DNA of 63,253 bases, the filler included, from Saprolegnia diclina VS20 (Eukaryota), in NCBI RefSeq assembly GCF_000281045.1. It is 8 parts of 2 records of this genome, joined end to end, with 100 filler letters (N's around TTAATTAATTAA, not from the genome) between each part and the next. Parts side by side here need not be neighbours in the genome. Positions count along the whole stretch, not along the records: positions 1 to 17,716 come from NW_008246088.1; 7 more parts are not named here. One strand, written 5' to 3'. The notes below the pieces were generated by a model that was not told the origin of the DNA, searched no databases, and saw only the letters and a program-made list of their open reading frames with translations. This document shows, one piece after another, positions 1-11,495 of the stretch (position 1 is its first letter; every line of letters begins with the position of its first letter). Made by a program: the position numbers and the translations under genes.

Positions 1-390
1 GCCGACAGAGGCCACGCAGCCTCTTGAACGAATCAAAGTCACCCGCACACGTCTCATCATGAGTGCAACTGAAGCATTGTCAAACGCTCTACCATTCGTG
101 ATGGTGCCAGCATCGGAAAAGGGGAACGACAAACGGCGCCTTTCTACGGCAGCGCTGCAAGCTCAGATCTTCTCAGATCATTCCCACGTGGCCAGCATAC
201 TTTACGCGATATTGGCCTATTCAAGTATACCCAGCCACGACCATCTTGCAATATCAAGTTCAAAGCGCTTGATTGGACACGCAAATTATGTTTTGTAAGC
301 GAATACCTTCGCCTACTGTGACCATCTTGACAACGGATCTCGTGCGTGACCGAGTTACACACGACAGCTTGCACCAGTTGCGATGCAGCA

Positions 391-405
391 CCACTTTGCA
401 TTTCG
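391..405 (+). promoter_or_regulatory. Oomycete-type initiator + flanking promoter region (Inr/FPR) motif
   Basis: CCACTTTGCATTTCG ends 13 nt before the ATG at 419 and resembles the oomycete core promoter consensus (YCAYTYY followed by an AWTTY-like element). Confidence 0.5.
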
Positions 406-418
406 CTCGAGAGTACGC

Positions 419-1887
419 ATGCTCGCAGCATCCAAGCTCATCTCGACCCTTGTCGCCGGCCTTACGGCCTCGGTGCTGGCGTCGCCCCAGCCGTTCCAGA
501 TTGGGTATCCCGTCCCGCTGAGCCTTCGCGGGGACCACAGCGGCCCCTTCAACCACACCATCCATCGCGATGGTGCGAGCTACCTCTCGGTGCATTTCAC
601 GTCGATCGCGTTGCCCGATGCAGCGACGCTGTCGCTGGCGTGCGCCGATGGCGCCAAGCAAGTGTCGTTCACGGGCGCCCGGTCCGAGTTTTACACCGAG
701 TCGTTTCCGTGCAACAGCGTCGACGTCATCTACTCTGCGCCGACATACGACAGCAGCAACCACGCGCCGGTGTTTGAAGTCGACCAGGTGATCCACGGCA
801 GCGCGCAGTCGAACGGGATGCTCGAGACCATCTGCAGCATCTCGGACGAGTCCCGCCCGAGCGTGTGTTCGCAGGCGACCGAGCCCGCCAAGCTCGCCGC
901 AAGCCGCGCGGTCGCCCGCCTCCTCATCAACGGCCGTGTTACGTGCACGGGCTGGCTCTTTGGCTCAGAAGGGCACATGCTCACCAACAGTCACTGTATC
1001 AACTCCGAGTCCCGTGCCGCCAACACCCAAGTCGAGTTTGACGCGCGTTGCAGCACGTGCAAGGACCCGCAGAACAAGGTCGTCTCTGGCTGCCGCGGTA
1101 CGATCGCGGCCGTTGGCGTCAAGCTCGTCATCTGGGACGAGCTCAACGATTTTGCGCTCGTCAAGCTCGATAAGCTCAAGCCCGGTGTCGACCTCTCGAC
1201 GTACGGGTACCTTCGGGCGCGCGAGTCGGGGCCTGTTCTCGGTGAGCCCATCTGGTCGGCACACCACGAAGCTGGCTGGGCGCAGCGGCTCTCGCTGACG
1301 TACGACGGCGAGGTGCCCAAAATTGCGGACCTGGATAAGGCCAGCTGCATGGACAACTTTCCGAACGCGCGGGACACCGTCGGCCACTTCCTTGATACGC
1401 TCGGCGGTTCTTCTGGCGCGCCCATCATGAGTACTGCGGACAACGTTGTAGTCGCGCTGCACAACTGCGGCCTCTGCGACTCGGTCGGCAACTCGAACGG
1501 TGCCATCAAAATCAGCAACGTCGTCCAGTTCCTCAAGGCCAAGAACCTTCTGCCGAAAGACTCTACGGTGCCTGGCACAACGGTGGCACCCGTGACACCG
1601 GCACCGACGCCGGCGCCCACGACAGCCCCGACGGTCGCTCCGACAACGGCGCCGCAACCGACGAATGCCTCCACTCCTGCGCCGACTCCTGAACCGACTA
1701 CTCTGCCCATTGTCACGCCTACACCGGCGCCCTCAACCATCGCACCCACTGTGGCTCCGACGGCTGGCCCGACGCTCGCTCCGACGCTCGCTCCGACGCC
1801 CGCCCCCACGCCCGCCCCCACGCCCGCTCCGACGTCCGCCCCAACGACCGCCCCGACGTCTGCCCCTTCTGCCAACTACCTTCGCCT
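419..1887 (+). CDS. Secreted trypsin-like (S1) serine protease with N-terminal beta domain and long Pro/Thr linker; C-terminus (probably ricin-B lectin domains) lost in N gap
   Basis: Signal-like start MLAASKLISTLVAGLTASVLA. Catalytic triad motifs LTNSHC, DFALV and DTLGGSSGAP. (PT/APT)n linker ends SANYLR, as in the downstream paralog just before its ricin domains. Runs into the gap at 1888-2772. Confidence 0.88.
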
Positions 1888-3177
1888 NNNNNNNNNNNNN
1901 NNNNNNNNNNNNNNNNNNNNNNNNNNNNNNNNNNNNNNNNNNNNNNNNNNNNNNNNNNNNNNNNNNNNNNNNNNNNNNNNNNNNNNNNNNNNNNNNNNNN
2001 NNNNNNNNNNNNNNNNNNNNNNNNNNNNNNNNNNNNNNNNNNNNNNNNNNNNNNNNNNNNNNNNNNNNNNNNNNNNNNNNNNNNNNNNNNNNNNNNNNNN
2101 NNNNNNNNNNNNNNNNNNNNNNNNNNNNNNNNNNNNNNNNNNNNNNNNNNNNNNNNNNNNNNNNNNNNNNNNNNNNNNNNNNNNNNNNNNNNNNNNNNNN
2201 NNNNNNNNNNNNNNNNNNNNNNNNNNNNNNNNNNNNNNNNNNNNNNNNNNNNNNNNNNNNNNNNNNNNNNNNNNNNNNNNNNNNNNNNNNNNNNNNNNNN
2301 NNNNNNNNNNNNNNNNNNNNNNNNNNNNNNNNNNNNNNNNNNNNNNNNNNNNNNNNNNNNNNNNNNNNNNNNNNNNNNNNNNNNNNNNNNNNNNNNNNNN
2401 NNNNNNNNNNNNNNNNNNNNNNNNNNNNNNNNNNNNNNNNNNNNNNNNNNNNNNNNNNNNNNNNNNNNNNNNNNNNNNNNNNNNNNNNNNNNNNNNNNNN
2501 NNNNNNNNNNNNNNNNNNNNNNNNNNNNNNNNNNNNNNNNNNNNNNNNNNNNNNNNNNNNNNNNNNNNNNNNNNNNNNNNNNNNNNNNNNNNNNNNNNNN
2601 NNNNNNNNNNNNNNNNNNNNNNNNNNNNNNNNNNNNNNNNNNNNNNNNNNNNNNNNNNNNNNNNNNNNNNNNNNNNNNNNNNNNNNNNNNNNNNNNNNNN
2701 NNNNNNNNNNNNNNNNNNNNNNNNNNNNNNNNNNNNNNNNNNNNNNNNNNNNNNNNNNNNNNNNNNNNNNNNACGTGCGGTTGGGTACCATTATCCAGTT
2801 GCGTGATAAGCCACAGCGCTGTGCCCCGTTTTCAGCACACTGTCGTTTACAGCACTGCGTTTGTTGAGATGTGTGTTGCTCTCGTTTCGCATCGCCCCTC
2901 TCAACCGCCTCTCAACGAGCTCTCTCAACGAGCGACTCGAAATCAGATTCTCAGATCATTCGACCGTGTCGCATAATTCGCTTAAAACGTTGCCACGATG
3001 GGTGTTGTCCGCAAAGTATTCGCCGGCTCTGGACGTCGACATACTGAACAAGCGAATGGCGGCATACTCAGATATCCCGAGTGTCACGAGGTGGGTGAGC
3101 TTGGCCAAGCCTCCCGTACATATGTATATTCCGGTCTTGAGCCTTTGAACCCAGTTGCTTGCGCATCGCCAACGAGT

Positions 3178-3192
3178 TCACTTTTGATTTTT
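3178..3192 (+). promoter_or_regulatory. Inr/FPR-like core promoter motif
   Basis: TCACTTTTGATTTTT ends 20 nt before the ATG at 3213. Confidence 0.45.
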
Positions 3193-3212
3193 CCACGTGC
3201 GCCTCCGACACC

Positions 3213-5204
3213 ATGGTCTCGCTCGTCGCGGCGCTCGTCGGTGTGCTCGTTGCTGCTATCCATGCGAGTCCACAGCCGATTGAGATTGGGTATCCCGTAC
3301 CGCTGCACCTGCGCGCCAACAGCTCTGCGTCCTTCCACTACACGATTCGTCGCGACGGCGCCAGCTTCCTCGCCGTTCATTTTACTGTCCTGGCGCTTCC
3401 CCCAACGGCGACGGTGTCGCTTGCGTGTGCCGACGGCTCGAAGCACATGGAGCTCATTGGCGCACGCAATGACTTTTACACCGAGTCGTTTCCGTGTTCT
3501 ACCATCGACATTGCCTACACCGCCCCGACGTACACGGCAGCGAATGCATCGGTGTTTGAGATCGACCAGGTGATCCACGGTACGCCCGACCCGTCGTCGT
3601 CGGGGCCGCTCGAAACCATCTGCAGCATCTCAGACGAGTCGCGGGCGGTGGCGTGTCTTGAAGGGCTCGAGCCCGTCAAGTATAAAACGAGCCGCGCCGT
3701 GGCCCGCCTTCGTCTTAGCGGCGGGCGGGGATGCACGGGCTGGCTCTTTGGCTCGGAAGGGCACATGCTCACCAACAGCCACTGCATCAACTCCGAGCGG
3801 GGCGCCGCCAACACCCAAGTCGAGTTTGACGCGCGTTGCAGCACGTGCAAGGACCCACAGAACAAGGTCGCGTCTGCTTGCCCTGGCACCGTCGTCGCCA
3901 GCAGCGTCAAGCTCGTGGTTTGGGACGAACTCCTCGACTTTGCATTGGTGAAAATCGACAACCCAAGTGTCGGCCTCGCGCAGTACGGTTACCTTCAGGG
4001 CCGCGACGCGCCCCCCGCGCTCGGAGAGCACATTTGGACAGCGCATCACCCCAAGGGCTGGCCAAAGCGCTTTTCTTTGACCTACAACGGCGACGTGCCC
4101 ACGATTACGGACTTGGACAAAGCCAGCTGCATGCCCAATTTCAAGTATACAGCGAAGGGCTCGATCGGTCACTTGCTCGATACGGCGGACGGCTCCTCTG
4201 GCGCGCCGATCCTGAGCACCAAGGACAACGCAGTCATTGCCTTGCACAACTGCGGGCTCTGCGATGATCGAGGCGACGTCAACGGCGGCATCAAGATGAG
4301 CAGCATCATCCAGTTCCTCCGCCAACGCAACCTGCTGCCCAAGAATGCCGTTGTGCCGGGTAGTTCTCCCACGGTAGCTCCGACACCCGCTCCAACGTCC
4401 ACCCCGACAGCTGCCGAAACCACAGGCCCGACGACCGCCCCGACGTCTACCCCTTCTGCCAACTACCTTCGCCTCTGCACCTTCTCCAAGCGCGGCGTCT
4501 TCGAGTGGTACCGCGCTCTCTACGCCGACGTTATCGAGCTCAGCCCCAACGCCCAGTTCGACTACAACCCGACGTCGGGTGCCATTAGCGTCCGCAGCAA
4601 CCATGAGTGCCTCGACGCGTACGAAGCCAACGGCGCCTTCCACCTCCACACGTGGGCGTGCGCCTCGGACAACGTCAACCAGCAATGGACTGTCGAGGGC
4701 GACCGCGTCCGCCACCGCAAGCACAACGTCTGCCTCACGACGACGGCGTCGACGACCATCGACGTGGCCACGTGCAACTCGCAGGACCTCCGCCAGCGCT
4801 TCTCGACGGCGTGCGACGGCCCCGTCCGGTCGTTCGTCAAGCTCCGGACGCCCAAGGGTCTCTACCTCTCCGAGTGGAACTCGGGCGTGTACGCCAACGG
4901 CCAAGTGTTCAACGTCAACGAGCTCTTCGAAGTCGATGCGTCGACGCAGCAGATCAAGGCGGTCAGCAACGGCCAGTGCCTCGACGCGTACACGCAGGAC
5001 GGCCGTCTCCGCGTGCACACGTACACGTGTGACGCGTCGAATGGCAACCAAAAGTGGCGCGTCACCAACGGCAAGGTCGAGCACGCGACCCATACGGGGC
5101 AGTGTCTGGACGTGGACCCGACGGACCCGCACCACAACGTGCAAATGTGGACGTGCATTGCCGGCAACGACAACCAGCGCATCGAGCTCGTGCCGCAGAA
5201 CTAA
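3213..5204 (+). CDS. Secreted trypsin-like serine protease with PT linker and two ricin-B (QxW) lectin domains
   Basis: Signal peptide MVSLVAALVGVLVAAIHA. Triad motifs LTNSHC, DFALV and DTADGSSGAP. Ricin motifs CLDAY...NVNQQW, CLDAY...NGNQKW and CLDV...QMWTC...NDNQR. Intronless tandem paralog of 419..1887. Confidence 0.92.
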   Translation: MVSLVAALVGVLVAAIHASPQPIEIGYPVPLHLRANSSASFHYTIRRDGASFLAVHFTVLALPPTATVSLACADGSKHMELIGARNDFYTESFPCSTIDIAYTAPTYTAANASVFEIDQVIHGTPDPSSSGPLETICSISDESRAVACLEGLEPVKYKTSRAVARLRLSGGRGCTGWLFGSEGHMLTNSHCINSERGAANTQVEFDARCSTCKDPQNKVASACPGTVVASSVKLVVWDELLDFALVKIDNPSVGLAQYGYLQGRDAPPALGEHIWTAHHPKGWPKRFSLTYNGDVPTITDLDKASCMPNFKYTAKGSIGHLLDTADGSSGAPILSTKDNAVIALHNCGLCDDRGDVNGGIKMSSIIQFLRQRNLLPKNAVVPGSSPTVAPTPAPTSTPTAAETTGPTTAPTSTPSANYLRLCTFSKRGVFEWYRALYADVIELSPNAQFDYNPTSGAISVRSNHECLDAYEANGAFHLHTWACASDNVNQQWTVEGDRVRHRKHNVCLTTTASTTIDVATCNSQDLRQRFSTACDGPVRSFVKLRTPKGLYLSEWNSGVYANGQVFNVNELFEVDASTQQIKAVSNGQCLDAYTQDGRLRVHTYTCDASNGNQKWRVTNGKVEHATHTGQCLDVDPTDPHHNVQMWTCIAGNDNQRIELVPQN

Positions 5205-5311
5205 GAACTTACGAGCGATGCTTTTGTCTCTATATCTATGGTTTTGCGCATCATGCGTGGCAGTCGCTGGGTCAAAAGATACGATCTCAACGTGCATGAT
5301 CGTGCGACGGG

Positions 5312-5955
<644 letters not shown>

Positions 5956-6259
5956 GCTGCTGCGGCGACGACGACGGATTGCGAATTGGCCGTTTGCCGC
6001 AGCCAATCACAGCTCGGGACGCTGGCCCACGGTTCGATCCCGCTGCCAAGCTCGAGGCACGACAGCAAAAAAAGGATACATCTGGACGCTAAATCATCAC
6101 TGTCGCTGGCACCGTCGACGCGCATGAGGAGCGCGGGACGAGGACGGGCAAGCGAGGCGGCGGCAGGTCGCCGTATCTAGAAAGGCGGGCCTGGGAATTT
6201 TAGCCAATGGCATCGCGCGAAATCGCACCTTGCCGTTGCGGAACCACTTCCAAAACGAG

Positions 6260-6982
6260 ATGGCGTCGACGGTCGCGCTCAAGATTGGCTTCAAGGGCGA
6301 GATCCACCGCATTCGCATCGACCTACCGGCCTTTGGCTACGACGACCTCGTCGCGCTCTTCGAGGCCACGTTCCAGCTGCCGCTCAGCACCTTTGCGCTC
6401 CAGTACAAGACGCAAGACGCGACCTTTGCCAGCGTTGCGAGCGCCGCCGATTTCGACGCAGCGTGCGCGGCGCAGGCGAGTGCGGGGAGCTTGCGCTTCT
6501 TTGCTGTCTCCAAGACCGAGGCGACGCTTCACGAGAATGTCTCGGAAGGCATCCGCAAGGCGTTGGCGACCATCTCGGGCGCGCTCGACAAGGTCAAGCA
6601 CGAGCCATGGGTGCAGGACACGGGCGCCGCGATAAACCACGCCTACACCAAGACATTTGAAGAGTCCAAGTCGACATTGGCGAGCGCCAAAAAGTCGCTC
6701 CAAGACATTGAAGTCGACAAGCTTATGGAGGAAACCAAAGTCAACCTGCGCACCGTCGCGACCGGCGTCTCGGCGTATGCCCAAGACTTGGTCGAGAGCC
6801 TCCAAAAGAAACCCGCGGCGGCGGAAACAACGGCGCCGCCGCCCGTCGACGCCAAGTGGACGTACCAGCTCGCGACCATCCGCGACATCCTCCCGGACGC
6901 GGCCGACGACGTGGCGATCGCGGCGCTCGAGCGCGCCAACGGCGATGTCCAAGTTGCGCTCAACGAAATCATGTCGGCGTAG
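6260..6982 (+). CDS. PB1-domain protein with helical middle region and C-terminal CUE/UBA-like domain
   Basis: N-terminal VALKIGFKGEIHRIRI...FALQYKTQD is PB1-like. C-terminal IRDILPDAADDVAIAALERANGDVQVALNEIM is CUE/UBA-like. Divergent from the phosphatase. Confidence 0.75.
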   Translation: MASTVALKIGFKGEIHRIRIDLPAFGYDDLVALFEATFQLPLSTFALQYKTQDATFASVASAADFDAACAAQASAGSLRFFAVSKTEATLHENVSEGIRKALATISGALDKVKHEPWVQDTGAAINHAYTKTFEESKSTLASAKKSLQDIEVDKLMEETKVNLRTVATGVSAYAQDLVESLQKKPAAAETTAPPPVDAKWTYQLATIRDILPDAADDVAIAALERANGDVQVALNEIMSA

Positions 6983-7182
6983 TCGCACCTCTGTACTAAT
7001 ACACGTTTTTTCGACGAGTCCATTCGAGTTTACCCATATATGCGAGTCATACTCAAAGGGACAACGACCAAGTGCCTGCGCCGACGCGCGCACATGTGCC
7101 ACGTCGTCGGAGCTTGCGTTTCATGCGCAACACAAGTGATGCTTGTATAGATTGATAATTAGATAGAACATGGTGCGACAGG

Positions 7183-8882
7183 TCACAGACTCTTGGCGAG
7201 ACCCGCAAGCGTCGCGTCGTCCAACATGTCCATGCTGTCGTCGCCAGGATGTGCCTCGTCGTCCCAGAGGCCGTCCATGAGGTTCAGCTGGTCGAGGCTC
7301 GTGAGCTCGACCTTCTTGGCGGCTGTCACTGGCGCTTGTACGAGATTGCGCCACGGCTAGCACGATCCCGTCAACCTCCTTCGTTTGCAGTGTACACGCA
7401 CCTCTTTCTCGTTGGGCGCGAGCGACCGCCAGAGCTTGCTCGCCTACACGCCGTTCGATCCCACGGTATGACGCGAATGCAAACCCACCTTGTGGACGAG
7501 GTCGTTGTGCGTCAAATGCGGCTCGGTCGCCAAGAACTCGTGCTTCTTGGCGTGTACAAAGAGAGCAAAGCCCGATGTTGCTGTTGGCAGCGGGCCCTAC
7601 ACGCACGGTCTACAGCCTCTTCTTCGAGTAGGTTGTACCGCCAACGTCTCGCGCGGCGAAGCTCCGTTGAGCGACTAGACCACCGAGATCAGAGGCCTTC
7701 GAAAATACATAGAGCGCACCATGGTCTCGGGGGTCGTCGCCCCGGCGTCCGACTCGGCCTGCTCCGCTTCGTATCGCCGCACATCGTCGTTGGCGAGCGC
7801 CCTCCACGTCGCCTTTGCCGTCTCGGGCAGCTCACGCCACTCTTTCGCAATCGCTACCATGTACTCGTTGTACGGACGATCTTGGTACCGACGGCGGTTC
7901 TCGAGCTCGTAGTGCACAAACGCCGACTTGGGGTACTTGGCTCTTTCGCGCCTGGCCTTTTTGACCTACAATATCGGTCAACGCCAAGTGTGTCGACGTC
8001 AACGCTGTACTACTGTGCGTGGGAGCATCGCAGCCGCGCGCTTCTTGGCGCTTTTTCTAGTGGGCGTGTACCGGCGCATCTCGGCTTCGTACCGCGCCTT
8101 CTCGAGCTCGGCCAAGTGCGTAAAGTGGGTCTTCTCCGCACTCGACATGGCGCGCCAGAGCGCTGCCGACTCCTTTGTGAGTGCATTGTACGAGAGATGC
8201 GCATTCGCCGCCCGCCGTTGCTCGAGAAAGAGCTGGAAGGCGTGCTTGGGCGGCTTGGGCGCGGCCGAGTCTTTCGGCGACGACTCGGCGGCAGCGTCTT
8301 CGGCGGCGGCGAGCGCGATCCACGGCTGCTTCTCGTCCCGTGTGAGCGCGCGCCAGCGCCGCCCCATCTCCTTCCCAAGCGACTGCGGTAAGAGCGTCGG
8401 ATGCGCGGCCTGCACGGCGGCCTTCTGCGCCCGCCAAAAGTAGAAGAACGCACCATTCGGGTGCTTTCGCTTCAGCGACGCAACGACCGGCGACGTGGGT
8501 TGCGCGTCCAAGGCCGAGAAGGCGTCGTCCAAGCCATTGGCCGACGACGTCAGCATGAACGATTGCAAATCCATGTCCAAAAGCGATGGCGTCGCCGCGA
8601 CTTGGGCCTCGGCCGTGTAGCGTGCTCGGTCGTACGCGGCGAGGTTGGTCCAGACTGCGCGCTCGCTTGGCAAAAGCGCCTTCCAGAGCCGCCCGAGCTC
8701 GCGCGAAATGGCGTCGTTGCCCCACGCCGGGTGCGCCTGGACGATCTCGACGCGCTTCCCGTCGGCGAAATGAAGGTACGCATTCCTCCATGGGCGAACG
8801 CCGCTAGCCGGTCATGGAGATGATGAGGATGATGAAGGAAGCGCGTCGAAGAGTACCTTGTCGTCGACGTCGTCTTGGCCAT
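7183..8882 (-). CDS. Multi-HMG-box protein (five HMG boxes, spliced)
   Basis: Intron 8804-8856 joins MAKTTSTT to SGVRPWRNAYLHF..ELGRLWKAL (box 1). Further boxes: KHPNGAFFYF..MGRRWRAL, KPPKHAFQLF..SAALWRAM, KYPKSAFVHY..IAKEWREL and PTATSGFALF..ASKLWRSL. Acidic tail, TGA at 7183-7185. Confidence 0.85.
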
Positions 8883-10545
8883 GTCGCCGCCCTTTTTCGC
8901 CGTTTCTTGAAACTACGATTTCCGGATACTTTGGATCGCACCGGATACGGCGACTTGTCTTTGCCGATTGAGGTGCTGCCGATGCATCGCAAGGTAATAA
9001 CAGCATCACACTAGTCCATTACTGATCAATACTATGCGGAGACCAATGTTCATCACCTAGTCACGAGACTATAAGGTCCTTGAGTTATCCACAGAATGGG
9101 TCTAGGAAATTGCTCCAGACAATTTTGAGGTCATCGATCCGTTTGGATGGATTGACGAGACCCACGCCGTAAGGACACCCGTGGCCCAGCGCAAAAACGT
9201 AATTTGCATCGCTAACAAAGGCAAATCAACTCCGCTTCACCAAGGTGGTTGCTCGTGGGCGTTGGAGGGTCGAATACCAGACATTGCAGCATGAAGATCA
9301 TGAACGGCCAAGCGGTCAACTTGACTTGGATGGTAGTTAATACGCGCCGTACATCTGATGCACAATGGCCCGCGGAAGCTCCTGGTCCTGCGCTAAAAAT
9401 ATCGTTTCAGTCGGACCCGTTTCCCGCGCTCGACGCTCGTGCCGCCACGTTCGCAGGCGCCATCAAAGTCTCTAACAATGAGTACTTTGTACTAATGATA
9501 TCTAGATTTTGTATATAAATACCAATGCCCAAACTCATTACCTTGGAGAGTCGATATCCTTCAGCAACAGATCCTACTGCTCAAGCGACGGCGGAGTGGG
9601 TAGGGCTGGGGCATTCAAGCCAATCACAACTCGACTATGCATTCTGAGAGGCTTTTAAAAACCTTTGTAAATGCATAGATGCGATTTGAATGGCCAGCAA
9701 GGCGACGGCGCGCCGTGTCTGCTTCATGAATTCTCATTTTCAAATTTGCAGTAGAAGAGTAACTAGTACCTAGTCGAGTCGGAAGCACATGATATTTTTC
9801 AATCAGCTACTCTGAAAGGGCTTTAGTCGGCCCGCAAAACCATGTAGTCAAAAGGATCTGATGCTTCCCAAATACACTCCTCATACTTTACCTTAGAACC
9901 ACAAGCGACACCAATCTGCAGTAGCAACTAGTTAGTAGCAACGTCGACAACGTCGAGTGCAAATGAAATTCATCTGAATCGCTACACTTAAATGAGTATT
10001 CAGCTCAGCTTGATGTGGACTTTCACTAATATGATGCACTCAAACTCAACACGCTGCGAGCCAATTTAGGAACTCATTGAGAATCTATTGTTCTGGTCGT
10101 TATCTTCATCCTACTGCAACACCCGTCGCACGGGGCGTGACTGCAACCGAACTGCAAAGAGAATTCTCAACAGGAGCTGGTGGCACAGGAGGAGGCTTCG
10201 GAATCAAAAACGGGCGTCAGCATATGCCACTCGGGCTTTTCCGTCGGGTGGATGTTCACACCACTGGCGATATTCTTCTGGAGTGCTTGTGCGTGGCGCC
10301 ATCACAAGGAGATGCTGCCTCTGATCACGCGAAGACATGGCTGGTCTTGGCTACTTGCTGGCGTCAGTGCCCAAGACCATGTCTCGTCGCCGACAAGTAC
10401 AGTAGCCGATGTAAAGAAGACGCACGCATTGGACGACTACGAAACATGTTCAAGCAGAGAAGTTTAAGGACAAGCGGTGTGAGTAGTGTACGAGTGAGGA
10501 CCCTCGTAGGAGGTAGTAGACATATCCAAGACAACGACGAGGTGA

Positions 10546-11133
10546 CTACAGCGGCCGGCCGACGAGGTTCATGACAAAGTCGTAAATCTTCTGGAGCACG
10601 GTCGTGTCGAGGACGCGGTACTCGGACGCGAAGGCCATGAGGCGCCGCCAACACAGCGTGAGGTGGCCCGACATTTCGAGCTGTGCAAAGTGGCGCAAGT
10701 GCACCCGGTATAAATACACGTAGACGTGGAGCATGCCTTGGTAGACGTTGTGGACCTTCTCGGCGTCGCGGGCGTCGTCGTCACGGACATGGGCGTCGAG
10801 GCGCGCCATGAGCACGTCCATGGTCGCGGCTTCATCCGAGAGCACGCGCATGTCCGAGACAAGGTTGTAGAGCACGCTCACTTCGCTGTAAAAGTCGGCC
10901 GCCATCTCGGCAGCGATCGCGAGGGCCTCGGCCTCGGACTGGAGCAGCGTCGGCTCGAACGCGGTTGTGAGTACGTCGGCGTCGAGGACCGGGAGCGGCT
11001 CGTCGCGCTTGCGCAGCTTCTCGGACGGAGGTTGCGAGCTCATCGAGTGCCACCGCGCGCTGTCTCGCCGCCTTTTGCTTCCGGAGGCAGATCCGCTCAT
11101 GCCACCGAGTTGCACGCACGTTGCTTGCAGCAT
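10546..11133 (-). CDS. Divergent MOB1/phocein-like protein
   Basis: C-terminal QGMLHVYVYLYRVHLRHFAQLEMSGHLTLCWRRLMAFASEYRVLD parallels MOB1 KRLFRVYAHIYHQHF...AHLNTSFKHFIFFVQEFNLID. ADFYSEVSVLY parallels MOB VDFFNQINMLY. The start may be 11100. Confidence 0.7.
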   Translation of the reverse strand: MLQATCVQLGGMSGSASGSKRRRDSARWHSMSSQPPSEKLRKRDEPLPVLDADVLTTAFEPTLLQSEAEALAIAAEMAADFYSEVSVLYNLVSDMRVLSDEAATMDVLMARLDAHVRDDDARDAEKVHNVYQGMLHVYVYLYRVHLRHFAQLEMSGHLTLCWRRLMAFASEYRVLDTTVLQKIYDFVMNLVGRPL

Positions 11134-11417
11134 GGCGGACTATGGCGCCGGCGTGGATTACCAGTAATGATCTTGATCCGCCATCTTCACCCGCCCGATG
11201 CCATTGGCGCAGAATGCAAGCCGCCTGCGATGCCATTGGACGAAATGCGATACCGCGGGGTAGGGCCCCAAATTTTGCACTGTGGAATCAGCCGACCGAA
11301 ATTTTCGATAGCGTTTGTATGGGCGGTTTATATGCCGAAGTTCGAAGCCATCCTCAAAGCGAAGTTCGAAGCGTGAACTATTTTTAGACACGGTGATGCG
11401 TTGCCGTCGGCGCCGCC

Positions 11418-11495
11418 ACCGACTCGTTGACACCGACACCGACACCGATCGTCGCCAACACCGACACCAATCTTCGCCGACGCCAACACCGATCG
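11418..11495 (+). repeat. Degenerate (CACCGA)n-type short tandem repeat
   Basis: Repeated caccgacaccgacaccgatcgtcgccaacaccgacacc... between two divergent genes. Confidence 0.55.

Noticed and set aside
1665..2867. ORFs running through N gaps (also 49241-50659 and 59860-61270)
   Set aside because: Length and frame across Ns are artefacts; only the flanking parts were interpreted.
9180..10467. Possible gene in the lower-GC stretch between the HMG and MOB-like genes
   Set aside because: Short ORFs, one with a hydrophobic stretch at about 10230-10290, but no coherent splice model, codon bias or motif. It may be a decayed gene but cannot be supported.
11336..11372. CGAAGTTCGAAGC direct repeat as a heat-shock element
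   Set aside because: GAA/TTC spacing does not fit nGAAnnTTCn; only two copies and no supporting context.
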